A DNA stretch of 64,000 bases from Prasinococcaceae sp. CCMP 1430 (lineage: Eukaryota > Plantae > Prasinodermophyta), in assembly GCA_013416795.1 (NCBI GenBank), contig RQSC01000026.1, forward strand, positions 517,812 to 581,811, in the 5' to 3' direction. A program made the position numbers and the translations under genes. Below are positions 10,416-21,643 of the stretch, piece after piece. The notes under the pieces are model-generated. The model was not told where the DNA came from, did no database searches, and saw nothing but the letters and a program-made list of their open reading frames with translations. Each line of letters opens with the position of its first letter. The stretch's first letter is position 1.

Positions 10416-10820
10416 CCGCAGCAGCCGCTGGCGCCAACGCGCAGTGGCGCAGCAGCGCGCCTCTAATAACTCGAGCCACTCTCGCTCGCTCGCTCGCTCG
10501 CTCGCTCGCTGCGCCCGCAGCCACAGCCGCCGGCGCCCACGCGCAGTGGCGCAGCAACGCGCCTCTCACGAAGAGAGCCGCTCAACAACGGTCAACGGTG
10601 CGCACGCACCGAGTAGTTGTTTCACACGAGCGCGCGCGCGAGGACGTCCGGGCGCGCGGCCGGCGCGAGCGGGCGCTTCCGCCGGTGGCGCGCGCGCTCT
10701 CGGGCGCTTCCGCCGGTGGCGCGCGCGCTCTACACCTCGTCGGGTGCCTGAAGGAGGCGTGCACGACGGCGGCGCCGCTCGGGCGCTTCCGCCGGTGGCG
10801 CGCGCGCTCTACACCTCGTC
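10416..10820. repeat. Local tandem duplications between the MTR4 and TIMELESS stop codons
   Basis: A ~45-bp unit (...gcgcagtggcgcagcaNcgcgcctct) occurs twice, flanking a (CTCG)n run. gggcgcttccgccggtggcgcgcgcgctct occurs three times (~10671, ~10702, ~10781). Confidence 0.85.
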
Positions 10821-13800
10821 GTCCGAGTCGTCCAGGACGGCGGCCGCGCGGCGGCGGCCGGCCGCGGCGGCCGGCGCGGGCTTGGACGGCACGTCGTCGA
10901 CGAGCTCGTCCGCGAGCTCCTCGTCCGCATCCTCGAGGAGCTCCTCGTCCACATCCTCGAGGAGCTCCTCGTCCAAGTCCCTGACGGCGGAGATGCGTCT
11001 GCGCTTCGCGCCGTGCGACGATAGCACGGCCACCGGCGCATCGTCCTCGTCCTCGACCTCCTCCTCCTCCTCCGAGTCGCCGTCAGTCGCCGCGTCGACC
11101 GGCGCGCGCTTCCGCTTGGGCGGCGACCACGCAATCGCCGGCGCGTCCTCCAGCCGCTCGGCCGCCACCTCGGCGACCGCGCCTTCCGCCGCGGCGACCG
11201 CAGCGGCGATGGCCTGCTGCCAGTCGGCGCCCTTGGACCAGGGCAGGACGAAGAATGGCCGCTGCGGTCCACCCGGCGGCGCAAAGCCCAGCGACGCGAG
11301 CAACTCCACCACGCCGGGGTGTTCCACGGCCTTCCACTCGTCCGAGGTCACCGGCGCGAGGGCGAGGTCTTCCGCGGCGCCCTCCTCCTCGGTCAGCTCA
11401 GTGGCCGCGTCGATGCGCGCGCGCACCATCGCCAGCGCGTCCGAGGCGCTCAGCCCGCTCCAGCGCTCGCCGTAGATCGCGAGCACGCGCGCCGCGGCGG
11501 CGGCTCCCTCGCAGTCCGGGAAGGCCGCCTCTGGCGCGGGTGCGTCGCCGTCGACCCCCTCAGAAGGCTCGTCGTCCTCCGACGACGCGTCGGCGAGAGC
11601 GGCGGCGCCCTCCCTGCGCTCCTGCGCGCGGTCCTTCCTCCGCTGCGCGGCCCTGCCCGTGCGCTCGCCCTTCTGTCGCAGCCCGAGCTGCACCAGGCGC
11701 TGCGACACCTGGTTGGGGTTGTACTCCGCGCTTGAGAGGTGCGCCTTGGGATGGACGGCGGCGGCATTGAGCTCGCTGGCCATCCGGCGCGTCGCGTGTG
11801 GCTGCGCCCTGAGCTCCTCCCAGAGCTCAGCGAGCTTCGCGTCACCCTCGGCGGTCCACAGGCGGCTCTTGGGCGCACGCGGCGCCCGCCGGCCCTCCTC
11901 GTCGCTGTCCCCAGCCATGATCGCAGCGATGTCGTCACCATCGGCGAGGACACCGGCACCGCCGCCGACGTACTCGTCGACGTCGTCGTCTCCGAGCGCA
12001 TCTCCGCCCTTGCGGCGCCCGCGGCGCCCCTTGCCACGCGGGCCGGGCCGCTCCTCGGGAAGCTGGTAGTCGTTGTCGATCAGATCCACCTCGTGGGGCG
12101 TCTTCCAGAAGAGCGTGTCTACCAGCAGCAGGTTGCCGAGGGGTCCCTTGAGCTTGCGCACGTAGTGGCGCGTCACCTGCGCAGCGAAGTGGCGCAGCTC
12201 CTGCTGGTCGCGGCGAGCCTTGGGGCCGCTGAGGTTCTTGTCGCTCAGGACGCGGTAGAAGAGGCCGAGCACGCTGAGCTGGAAGAGGTACGCCTCCAGG
12301 CCGCAGTCCTGCGACAGGCGCGAGAGCATCTTGACAGCCGCGTGGTTCAGGGCCGGGTCGTTCGTGGCGTAGCCCTCAAGCAAGAAGCAGTAGTTGGCGA
12401 ACACGCGCACGTGCCCAAACGCCGCCACCTCGTGCTTGAGATCCATTGCGACCTCGTGCTTTCGCACGATCATGCCCTTGCGCCCCGCACGCTTTCCTTT
12501 CGCCTTTTCCTCGGGCGTCGCCTCCGCAGCTCCCCCCTCGGCCTCAGCGCCGCCGGCGCCGTGCGCCCCCGGGCCCTCGGCGTGACCGCCGTCCGCGACC
12601 AAGTTGCCCCCCCCGGCCGCGTCCTGCAGCCCCGGACGAGCACCGTCTCCTTCAGCGCCGACGCCATCCGCGGCGGCAGTCTGGTCCGCGGGAGCCGGAG
12701 GGGCCCCGTCGCCCTCGCCCTCGACCGCCGGCTCACCAGCGGCGGCGGGTGTTTCGTCCGCGCGCGGCTCGATGGGCGCGCCCGCAGCGGGTGGCTCCGC
12801 TGCCGCCCCCTCAGAGGCGTCGGTCGCAGCGGGCTCACCGCCTTCTGCGGCGGGCCGCTCCTCAGCGTCGGCCCCCGGACCCGGCGCACTTGTCGCCGCG
12901 GGCGACGCCTCAGCCGCCTGTGGGGGGGAAGGGGCCGCGAGCTCGGCGCCCGTCTCGGGAGACGGCTCGTCCGCGGGACGCTCGCGTGCGGGCGCAGCCT
13001 CTGGGCTCGGGGACTTGCCAGTCGCCGCGATGCTGCGAGGCAGAGGGGAGGGTACCTTCTCCTCGAAGTCGAGGCCGAGGCCGTCGAACGGGAAGTTGAC
13101 GTCTGCCAGCTCGTAGCCGTCGTCTTCCGCCAGGCTCAGCTTCAGGCTGGCATCATCGGGCCCGGGCTCGACCCAGTCTCCCAAGGTCGGCGGCAACGCG
13201 AGCTTGGCAATCTCCATGGGATCGGCGCCTGGCGACGCCTCATGCGGAGGGCTCGGCGGCGGCGACGGCGGGGGCGGACCCTCCGTGTCCTCAGGCCCGA
13301 CGTCTGTCGCCCTCTCATCGCCCTCCTCCGCAGGCTCGTGCTCCTCGGCGTCACCGTCGGCCTCCTCCGCAGGCTCGTGCTCCTCGGCAGCCATGGTGGC
13401 CCAGCCCGTGGGCTCGTCCTCCGCCGGCTGCGACGGCGCGGCTTGCGTCGGGTCGAACTCAATCTGCATGCCGTCACCGTCGCCCTCGTCGACGCGCGCC
13501 ACGAAGGCGGCGCACTCCTCCTTGCAAATCTTCTTGAGGGTCTTGTCCTCCCCCTCCGGAAGGCCCAGGGCCTCGACCTCGCTCCTCACCGACTTGATGG
13601 AGACCTCCTGCACGGTCTCCTCTGTCACTGCAAAGAGGACGCGGCGCACGGCGATGCGGAGGGCGTACGTTTCGTCGCTGTCGGCAGCATCTCGAGCCCA
13701 CAGGTGGTCAATCTCCTCCTGCAAGACACGGCGCACCTCGACGTCCGGAGCCTCCCTCTCACCCAGGCGCATGAAGGCGCCCTCCAGAACGCCACCCTCT

Positions 13801-15790
13801 TGAGCAGCCTCGATGCCCTCGCGTCCGACGCCCGGGACCCTCGAGAGCGCCCAGCGCGCCGCGAAGTGGATGGCAGCGGTGGTGGCCACCTGGGGTGGCT
13901 CCTCGCCTTCGCCGTCGCCAACAACGAAGTCCTCCGGGGCAACGACCGCGGCGGCTTTCGCCTTGTTGGGCACCCTCTGCCTCTTGGTCTTCAGGACGTA
14001 CACGCTGCCGTGCTTCTGGGTCATGGCCTCGAGCATGCGCAGCGTCACGTGCGTGGCCTCGACCATGTCGACCATGAGCGAGCGCGGGTGCTTGTAGCGG
14101 TCGAACGTCCGCGTGCAGACGCGCAGCGCCGGCAGCAGGCCGACGTCGGTGGCGTCATGGAAGAGCTTGAGCTGCAAGGTGTTGGCCACAAGCTTCTCGT
14201 CGTGGGAGCCGACCCGAGCAGTGGCGTCAAGCACGTGCAGCATCTGCTTGATCAGGCCCATGGCGGCCGACGCCGTGCGCAGGTCGCCCTCCTTGGTGCT
14301 GACAAACTCGGACATCTCGCCCTTCACCATGTCCGCGGGCAGCGATTCAAGCCACTTGCGGTTGGCCAGCTTGAACATCGACTCGTCAATCGTGGCGGAC
14401 AGCGCGCCGAACGAGCGCCCGAGCGCGGGCAGCTTCCTGTGCGCCTCAACGCGCGCACGGCCGCGGGCCTCCTTGTCGAGGCCGGCCTCCTTGGCCTCGG
14501 CCGAGGCCTTGGAGACCTCCCCGACCCCGTGCTCGATCCACAGAAGCTGGTACTCGCAGAAGAAGCGAGCCACGCTCATGAGATGCCGGCCGTCGGACTC
14601 GAGGACCTCCCTCGAGCCAGCCGCGATGGCGCGCTTGGTGATGGCGATGATGTCGTTGTACGGGCCGCTCAGCATGTCGTCCGCCCACTGGCGGAGCTTG
14701 CGCAGCACCGACGCGTCGCGCGAGCCCTGTGCCGCCGCCTCCTTGTCGACGTGCGCGCTGGTTGCACGCATCGCCTTGATTGCCTTGCTGTGCACCGACG
14801 CGACCTTGGGCTTTGGCGCGTCGAGCAGCACACCCGCGTCGACCGCCGGCTTGGCGCTCCTCCACGGGTTGATGTGCTGCGCCTTGCCGTACTTGTCCTT
14901 GCGCTTGAGCGTGCCGCCGAAGCGGCTGTGGCGCGACTGCTCGACCCCGCGCGAGGCGGTGCGGAGGCGCTCCTTCTCGGCGCGCAGCGTCGCCGCGAGC
15001 GAGCTGCCGTGCTCGGCGGCCGCCTTGCCGGGGTCGGCGCGCTTCGAGCGCCTCCTCAGCCCCGCCTCAAACACGGCCTTGGCGCGCTGCCCCTTGAGGG
15101 CGTAGTGGATGATCTCGAGCAGCAGGAGCGAGCGGCTCTGGAACACCGGCATCGCCGCGATGGACAGGAGCAGCGACATCACGTTCTCGTCGAAGAGCAC
15201 GGTGAGCAGCTCGTCCGCCAGGCGGCTCATGTGGTCGGCGCCGGCGGCGCGGTGGCTGTTCGCGTCAGGGTCCGCAATCGCCAGCAGGTTGCGCACGAGC
15301 GTCAGCACCAGCTCGATGACGGCGACGTCGTTGTCCGTCTGGTGGCCCCTCTGGATGTTCATGAGCGGGTCCAGCACGAAGTCCACGATGGCGCTCAGCG
15401 TGCTCTGGTCCGCGTCGCGGTCGTCGAGGAAGGCCGCCTTGCACGCCTGCAGGTCGGCCGCGTGCACGCGGCGGCGCTCCACGACGTCGTCCAGCGGCAG
15501 CGTCAGGAAGACGGCCACCTTGAGCGCCGCCAGCAGCATCTTGGGCTCGTGGCCGTGGAGCGTCATCAGCGGCACGATGTGCTTCTTGAGCACCTGCAGC
15601 TCGGCGCACAGCCTGTACGTCGGGCGCCGCTGAGGGTCGTCGCGGCGCAGCATGCGCTGCACATCCTGCAGGCACTCGAGGGTGTCCTCCTCGAGGAGGT
15701 ACTCGCCCGTGTCCCTGTCAAAGTGACCCAGGCCCTCGCACACCGTCAGCAGGTCCTCCTCGCGCTCGTCGCCGTACTTGGGAATCGGCG
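10809..15790 (-). CDS. TIMELESS: TIMELESS/TOF1/Swi1 fork-protection protein (~1650 aa; start exon not located)
   Basis: N-terminal GEYLLEEDTLECLQDVQRMLRRDD, VIELVLTLVRNLL, EAYLFQLSVLGLFYRVL, and a Myb-like LWTAEGDAKLAELWEE...QRLVQLGL. The frame has no ATG before the in-frame TGA near 15820. Confidence 0.88.
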
Positions 15791-16189
15791 CGGGCGCGCC
15801 CGCCCCGAAGCGGCATCACCGCCGAGGATCTCCTCGCCGACGTGCCGCCGCCGCCGCAGCAGCCGCTGCCGCCGCGGCGCTGTGGCGCCCACCTCCCCTC
15901 CCGTCCTCCTCCCAGCAGGCGCTCGCGCCGACGGCGCCGCGCGCTCTGCACCGCGCGCCTCCGCCAACGCAAACCCTTTCCAACACTTCACGTCCAAGTA
16001 CCTACTTCCCCGTGAATAAACCTCAAACATTCAGACCCCAAACACCTTGCGCCGCTTCGACCCATCCCCTTCCCCCCCCCGTCCCCCGCTCGACGATCGA
16101 CGGAAACTGTTCATTCGCACGCGCTCGTCCCTGCTTGTGCCTGCCCAGTCGCCATCTGTTTCGCCATCTGTCTGTCCGTACCGGGGTGT

Positions 16190-16850
16190 GACGCGGGGTG
16201 TGGGGCGAAAGCGCGCGCTTTCGCCCCACACACCCCCCGCGCGGACCAGGCTGCGGATCCGGGGCCCGCGGCGCACGCAACGGCTCGCGCGCTCGCTCCC
16301 TGGCCGGATGCCGCGTTTGGCCCCGCGCGCGTGCCCCCCCGCCCCCCGTCCGTCGACGGGGCGACGCGAAAAACGCGCGCGCGCGCGGGCGCGCGCCTTT
16401 TTCGATTTTCGGATTTTCGCGCGCGCGCGCGCGCGCGCGCGCGCGCTGGCGCGTGCCGCTTTTCGCGCGCGCCAGCGTGTCGCCCGCCGGCACCCACCCA
16501 CCATCCGACCCAGCCCAGCCCAGCCCAGCCGACCCACCGAGGGGTGCGTTGCCGCGTCAGTCAGTCTGGATCATTCGGAGGGTGCCTGCGCCTCCGCCGG
16601 CGCCGTTCGGCCCGCCACACCAATCAAACCATCGCCATGGCACAGGCGGCCTTTCGATCGGTCGATGCGATGCGATGCGACGCGACGCGAGCTCGAAATT
16701 GTCTCCCGTGGGTGAATATGCCTCGGTATCGCGTGGCGCTCCTTTTTTTTTTTGGACGGGGCGGCGTCGAGGCATCGCTCGTTCCTCGTTCGAAGCCGGG
16801 CGATTTTCGCGCGCGCGCGCGCGCGCGCGCGCGCNNNNNNNNNNNNNNCG
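16190..16850. promoter_or_regulatory. Putative bidirectional promoter (TIMELESS / BLD10) with E2F-consensus sites and (CG)n tracts
   Basis: TTTCGCGC at 16415, 16461 and 16805; (CG)n of ~14 units at 16418-16446 and 16808-16834; lies between divergent genes. Confidence 0.55.
16198..16231. repeat. Perfect 34-bp palindrome in the TIMELESS upstream region
   Basis: gtgtggggcgaaagcgcgcgctttcgccccacac equals its own reverse complement. Confidence 0.9.
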
Positions 16851-16903
16851 CGCCTGCTGCGAGGCGGGCCTTGAGGGGCGCGGCGAGAGCGCGCGCGGCC
16901 GCC

Positions 16904-19900
16904 ATGCAGTCCGGGGCGGACATGACGCGCCAGGCGGACATGCAGGAGCGCCTGCTGCGCGCGGGCGTGGACGTGGGGCACGCCGCCAAGGGCGGCGGCT
17001 GGTCGCCCCTCGCGTACGCGCTCGCCGACGGCGCCCTCGCGCTCGCCAAGGAGCTCGACGGCAAGCGCGGCGCGGCCGCGGCCGCGCAGGAGGAGCTCAC
17101 CGCGCGGCGGTCCAACGTGGACGTGCTTCAGCGCGACCTCGAGCGACTGGTCAAGGAAAACAACGAGCTGCACGTGCAGCTCATCCGCGCGGGCGAGGAC
17201 TCCGCGCGGCAGCTCAAGGAGAGCGCCGCCAAGCTCAAGTCGGCGACGGACGAGGCGCAGGCGCTGAGCTTCTGGCGCAGCACCGCGACAGAGAAGATCG
17301 GGGCGCTCGAAGCGGACAAGGCCAAGCTCGCGAAGAGGCTCGACGAGCTGCTCGAGAGCGGCGTGCAGCCCACGCGCGGCGATGAGGTGGGCGTCGCGGG
17401 GCAACGCAGCGCGGTCGACGCCGTCGCGGCGGCGCTCGTGACGCCCGGTGGGGGCGCGTCCGTCGACGCGGCCAACCTGGTGGCGTCGGGGACCGTCCCC
17501 ACCGTCGAGGCCTCGGGCGTGCTCGCGGCCGCCGCGCGCGCGGCTGCCGCGCGGCGAGCCGCCGTGTCGAGCGCCAGCGTCGACATCACGCGCATGGCTG
17601 AGCAGCGCCTGGCCACCGCGAACCGCGAGGTCGAGGGCCTGCAGGCCAAGCTCGCCGAGGCGCTGGCACAGATCGGCCAGCTGCAGGCGGGCCTGAAGCA
17701 GCGCGACGCCGAAATCGGCAGGCTCGGCGCCGAGGTCGCCGCCACGCGCGACCTCGAGAAGCTGGCGATCAAGGACAGCCAGGCAATGGTGACCCGATCC
17801 AACGCGGAGCTGGAGCGCCAGGTGGACCACCTGACCAAGCGCTTGCTCACCACCGAGGCGGCGCTCAAGGAGAAGCTGCTGCTGGAGGACGAGTGCAAGT
17901 CGCTGGAGAAGGATATGGCGCGGGCCAGGGCCGAGGTTGAAGCCGCCAAGCGCGACGCCAAGCTCTCCGAGGACGCGGCGTCCGCCGAGCGCGCCGCGTT
18001 CAGGGCGGAGTGCGCCCAGGCGGCGCAGGCTGCGAGGGACGCCGACACCGAGGTCAGCGCCAACCGCTCGCGCGTGGCGGAACTCGAGAGCAAGCTCGCG
18101 GACTCCGCCGCCGCAGTCGGCGAGCTGCGTCAGCGGCTGTCCGAGTCAATGCAGGAGGTGCTGCGCATCAAGCAGTCGGCGGGCGACCTCCCCACGGATC
18201 ACCAGCTGTCGGCGGAGCTGGCGCTCGCCAAGGAGGCGACGACGGCTGCGCAGGACGAGACCGCCGCTGCACGGGCGGATGCTTCCAGTGCCCGCGCGCA
18301 GGCCCGCGCCGCCGCCGACTCTGCGGCGAGCGAGGCGCGTGCCGCGGCCCTCGCCAAGAGGGAGTGCGAGGCTGCCACCTCGGCAGCAGGAGCGGCGCAG
18401 AAGCGCGTCGGCGAGCTCGAGCGCGCCAGGCGCGAGGCCGAGGAGGCCCTGGCGGCGGCCAAGGAGAGCGTGGCCAGCATGGAGCACCGCGTCGCCGCCG
18501 CGGAAGGAGCTGCCCAGCGTGCGGAGAGGATGCACCAGGCCGCCGAGAGCGCCGCGCTCGTGGCGCGCGAGGCGGCGGCCGAGACGGCGAAGGAGCTCGA
18601 AGAGACCGGCCGGAGCCGTGCCGAGGCCACGGCAGGCTTGCGCACCGCCGAGGCCGAGCTCGCGCGCCTCAAGGTGCGCGCGGACACCGCCCAGCGCGAG
18701 GCGCTCGAGGCGGAGGCGCGTGCCGCCGATGTTGAGCGCGAGCGCGCCGTGCTCGAGTCCGAGCTGGCCAAGGAGCGGTCGAGCGCCGACGCGGCGCGCC
18801 GCGAGCTTGCAGCGTCCGTGGAGGCAGAGACTGCCGCCAGGCGCGCGCTGCAGGAGGCACGCGAGCGTGGCGACGGCCTCGCAGCGGAGCGCGATGCGCT
18901 CGCTGCGCTCCGCGCCCGCCTGGAGAGCGCCGAGAGCGAGGCCGAGCAGCTGCGCGTGGAGGTTACCTCCGCCGCCGAAGCGAGAACGGCGCTCGAGCTC
19001 GAGCGCGATCGCCTCGTCCGCGACGGCGAGAACTCGCACCGCGAGCGCGCTTCCCTGGAGGCCGCGCTGGACTCCGCGCAGGCGGAGCGAGCGCGCCTCG
19101 CTGGCGCCGTGGCGGACTTTGAGGGCCAGATGGGCGCCATCCAGGCAAGCATTGTGGCGCTTGCAGGCGAGCGCGACACCGCGCAGTCTGCACAGGCTGC
19201 CGCCGAGGCGGCGCTTCGCGAGATCCGCGAGGCGGACGTGGAGCTCGCTGTGAGCCGCCGCGAGGTTGGCGCCGAGGTGGCCGCGGCCAAGCGCCAGATC
19301 TCGACGCTCGAGGCGCGCGCCAAGGCTGCCGAGTCTGCACTGGAGGGCACAGAGGGCCGCGCTCGGACCGCGCTCGCGGCCGCGGCCGCCGCGCGCGACG
19401 AGGCGGGCGAGGCGTCCCGCGAGCGCGCGCGCCTCGAACACGCCCTGTCGCTCTCGGCTGTCCAGGTCGAGGAGCTGCAGGCCTCCCTTGGTGACGTGCA
19501 GGGAGAGGCGATCAAGATCAGCTCAAAGCTGAAGGATGCCGAGACCAAGCTGGGCGAGCAAGAGGCGGAGCTCGTCGCGCGCGAGGGCGAGATCGAGGCA
19601 TTGAAATCGCTTGTGACGCAGCTCGATGGCACGCGCGAGGAGCTCGTAGGCCGCCTGAAGGGCGTGCTCGCGGACAAGACGAACGTGGCCACGCGCGCCT
19701 CCGACCTCGAGGTTTCCAAGCAGGCCACGGAAGATCGCCTCACGCGTGCCGACAACGAGGTGGCGCGCCTGCGGCAGGCGCTCGAGACGCTCGATCGCGA
19801 GCGCGACTCGATCCTTGCGGACGCGGACGTCCGTGCCGAGGCTGCCGCCGCCGACCGCTCGCGCGCCGACGTGGCCGCCGCTGAGGCGGAGGCGGCCCGG

Positions 19901-21532
19901 CGTGCGCTCGACGCGGCCGAGGCGCGTGTTGACGAGGCCGCCGCCGCCGCGCGCGCGGCTGAGGCCGAGCTTGAGCGCCTCCAACGCACCAACGAGGACC
20001 TCGTGGCCGAGCGCGAAAAGATGCTTGCCGAGTCACGCGCACAGGCGGAGGAGATCGCGGCCGCCGCTGGCGACCTGACCTCCATGACGCGGGAGCAGCA
20101 GGCAGTGAATTCCGACCTCGTGGCGATGCGCAACGCCAAGGAGGCCGCGGACGAGCGCGCCGCCAAGGCCGTGCGTGCGGCGCACGAGGCTGAGCAACTA
20201 GCCGAGGCGCGGCGGAACGAGCATGCCGAGCTGCTCGAGGCGTACCGCACACTGGGCGACGAGAACCGCCGTTTGGCGCTCGCGCAGGCCGCGGCGGAGC
20301 GCGAGGCCGAGGAGGCGCGCTCCGCGGTGGTCAACAGCAAGGAGATGGCCTCGTCGGAGAGTGCGCGCGTGCGCACGCTCGAGGACGACAACAGGCGCTT
20401 GGCGATCGACGTCAGTGCCTACCAAAGGCAGGCAGACGGTCTCGCGCGCACGCTGGAGAGCCTCGAGGAGCAGCTCAAGGCCGCGAGCACAGAGCGCGCA
20501 GCGCTGCTGGAGCAGGCGCGCAATGCGCAGACGCTGGCTGCCGAAGCCGAGGCGCGCGCGTCGGGGCTGGCACGCGAGCTGGCAGCTCTCGAGGCGCGCG
20601 CTGGCGGCGCGCACGCCGACGCCGACGCCGCGCGCGGCGAGGGGGCTGCTCTTGCGGCAAGCCTGGCGGCGGAGCGGCAACACGTGCGCGAGCTCGAGGC
20701 GCTCCTGCAGGAGACGCGGCGAGCGGTGCATGGAAAGGAGGCGGAGGTGACAACGGCCGAGGGGGCGACGCGCGCCGCAAAGGAGCGGGTGCGCGCGCTC
20801 GAGGACCAGGCGGGTGCGCTCACTAGGCAGCTCGCCAGCCTGCAGGAGCAGCGCGCAAGCCAGGAGCGCGAGCTCGTCGCGCTGCGCGCAGCCGCAGGCG
20901 TCGACGCCGCGCACCAGGCCGCCCAGACGACGGCCAAGGTAGGGGAGCTGGAAAAGGCGATCGCTGAGCGCGAGGCATCCCTCGAGGAGTCGCAGAAGGA
21001 AATCGAGCGGCTGCGCAAAGAGGCCGTCCTGTCTCCAGGGGCCGCAAGCGAGGAGGTGCTGGAGGAGGCTGCCGCCGCACGCGCGCGCATCACCAACCTG
21101 GAGGCTGAGGTCGCCGGTCTGAAAGAGGAGAACGAAAAAGCACTTGCACTCATGTCGAGCCTCGACGCAGAGCGTCAGGCGCTCCAGAGCGACAACGTGA
21201 CCCTCAGCCGTGAGCTCAAGGAGCGCTCCGCGGCCGAGTCGACGCCGGAGTTGGACCAACTTCGCGCTGAGCTCGAGGAGGCGCGGCGAAGCAAGGCCGA
21301 GACTGAGGCGGACTTCCACACGCTGATGGCGCGCGTGGAGGACTACAAGGACGGCAACGCTGACGGCTCCGAGGCGGAGCTGCGAGCACAGCTGGAGCAG
21401 CTGAAGGCGGAAAACGACCGGTTGGGCGAGATGGTGGCCGACGCGGAGAGCACGTGCGCCGCCCTGCGAGAGGAGGCCGCCGCGCTGCGCGCCTCGCTCG
21501 AGGCCGAGGGCACCGGCGAGACCAGCAACTGA
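16904..21532 (+). CDS. BLD10: Centriole cartwheel protein BLD10/CEP135-like, 1542-aa coiled coil
   Basis: N-terminal LERLVKENNELHVQLIR...DEAQALSFW...KIGALE resembles the CEP135/BLD10 N-terminal signature (L.RENN.L...L). The rest is an uninterrupted heptad-rich A/E/R/L coiled coil of similar length to BLD10. Confidence 0.72.
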   Translation: MQSGADMTRQADMQERLLRAGVDVGHAAKGGGWSPLAYALADGALALAKELDGKRGAAAAAQEELTARRSNVDVLQRDLERLVKENNELHVQLIRAGEDSARQLKESAAKLKSATDEAQALSFWRSTATEKIGALEADKAKLAKRLDELLESGVQPTRGDEVGVAGQRSAVDAVAAALVTPGGGASVDAANLVASGTVPTVEASGVLAAAARAAAARRAAVSSASVDITRMAEQRLATANREVEGLQAKLAEALAQIGQLQAGLKQRDAEIGRLGAEVAATRDLEKLAIKDSQAMVTRSNAELERQVDHLTKRLLTTEAALKEKLLLEDECKSLEKDMARARAEVEAAKRDAKLSEDAASAERAAFRAECAQAAQAARDADTEVSANRSRVAELESKLADSAAAVGELRQRLSESMQEVLRIKQSAGDLPTDHQLSAELALAKEATTAAQDETAAARADASSARAQARAAADSAASEARAAALAKRECEAATSAAGAAQKRVGELERARREAEEALAAAKESVASMEHRVAAAEGAAQRAERMHQAAESAALVAREAAAETAKELEETGRSRAEATAGLRTAEAELARLKVRADTAQREALEAEARAADVERERAVLESELAKERSSADAARRELAASVEAETAARRALQEARERGDGLAAERDALAALRARLESAESEAEQLRVEVTSAAEARTALELERDRLVRDGENSHRERASLEAALDSAQAERARLAGAVADFEGQMGAIQASIVALAGERDTAQSAQAAAEAALREIREADVELAVSRREVGAEVAAAKRQISTLEARAKAAESALEGTEGRARTALAAAAAARDEAGEASRERARLEHALSLSAVQVEELQASLGDVQGEAIKISSKLKDAETKLGEQEAELVAREGEIEALKSLVTQLDGTREELVGRLKGVLADKTNVATRASDLEVSKQATEDRLTRADNEVARLRQALETLDRERDSILADADVRAEAAAADRSRADVAAAEAEAARRALDAAEARVDEAAAAARAAEAELERLQRTNEDLVAEREKMLAESRAQAEEIAAAAGDLTSMTREQQAVNSDLVAMRNAKEAADERAAKAVRAAHEAEQLAEARRNEHAELLEAYRTLGDENRRLALAQAAAEREAEEARSAVVNSKEMASSESARVRTLEDDNRRLAIDVSAYQRQADGLARTLESLEEQLKAASTERAALLEQARNAQTLAAEAEARASGLARELAALEARAGGAHADADAARGEGAALAASLAAERQHVRELEALLQETRRAVHGKEAEVTTAEGATRAAKERVRALEDQAGALTRQLASLQEQRASQERELVALRAAAGVDAAHQAAQTTAKVGELEKAIAEREASLEESQKEIERLRKEAVLSPGAASEEVLEEAAAARARITNLEAEVAGLKEENEKALALMSSLDAERQALQSDNVTLSRELKERSAAESTPELDQLRAELEEARRSKAETEADFHTLMARVEDYKDGNADGSEAELRAQLEQLKAENDRLGEMVADAESTCAALREEAAALRASLEAEGTGETSN

Positions 21533-21643
21533 GGTTGTTCTCCTGCAGCGCTGCCTCTCGCATAGTAGTCGCGCGTATTTGTGCCTCACTCATCGCAAAT
21601 CACTGCAATCAATAACATTGAGACGCCGATTCACAGGAAAGGC

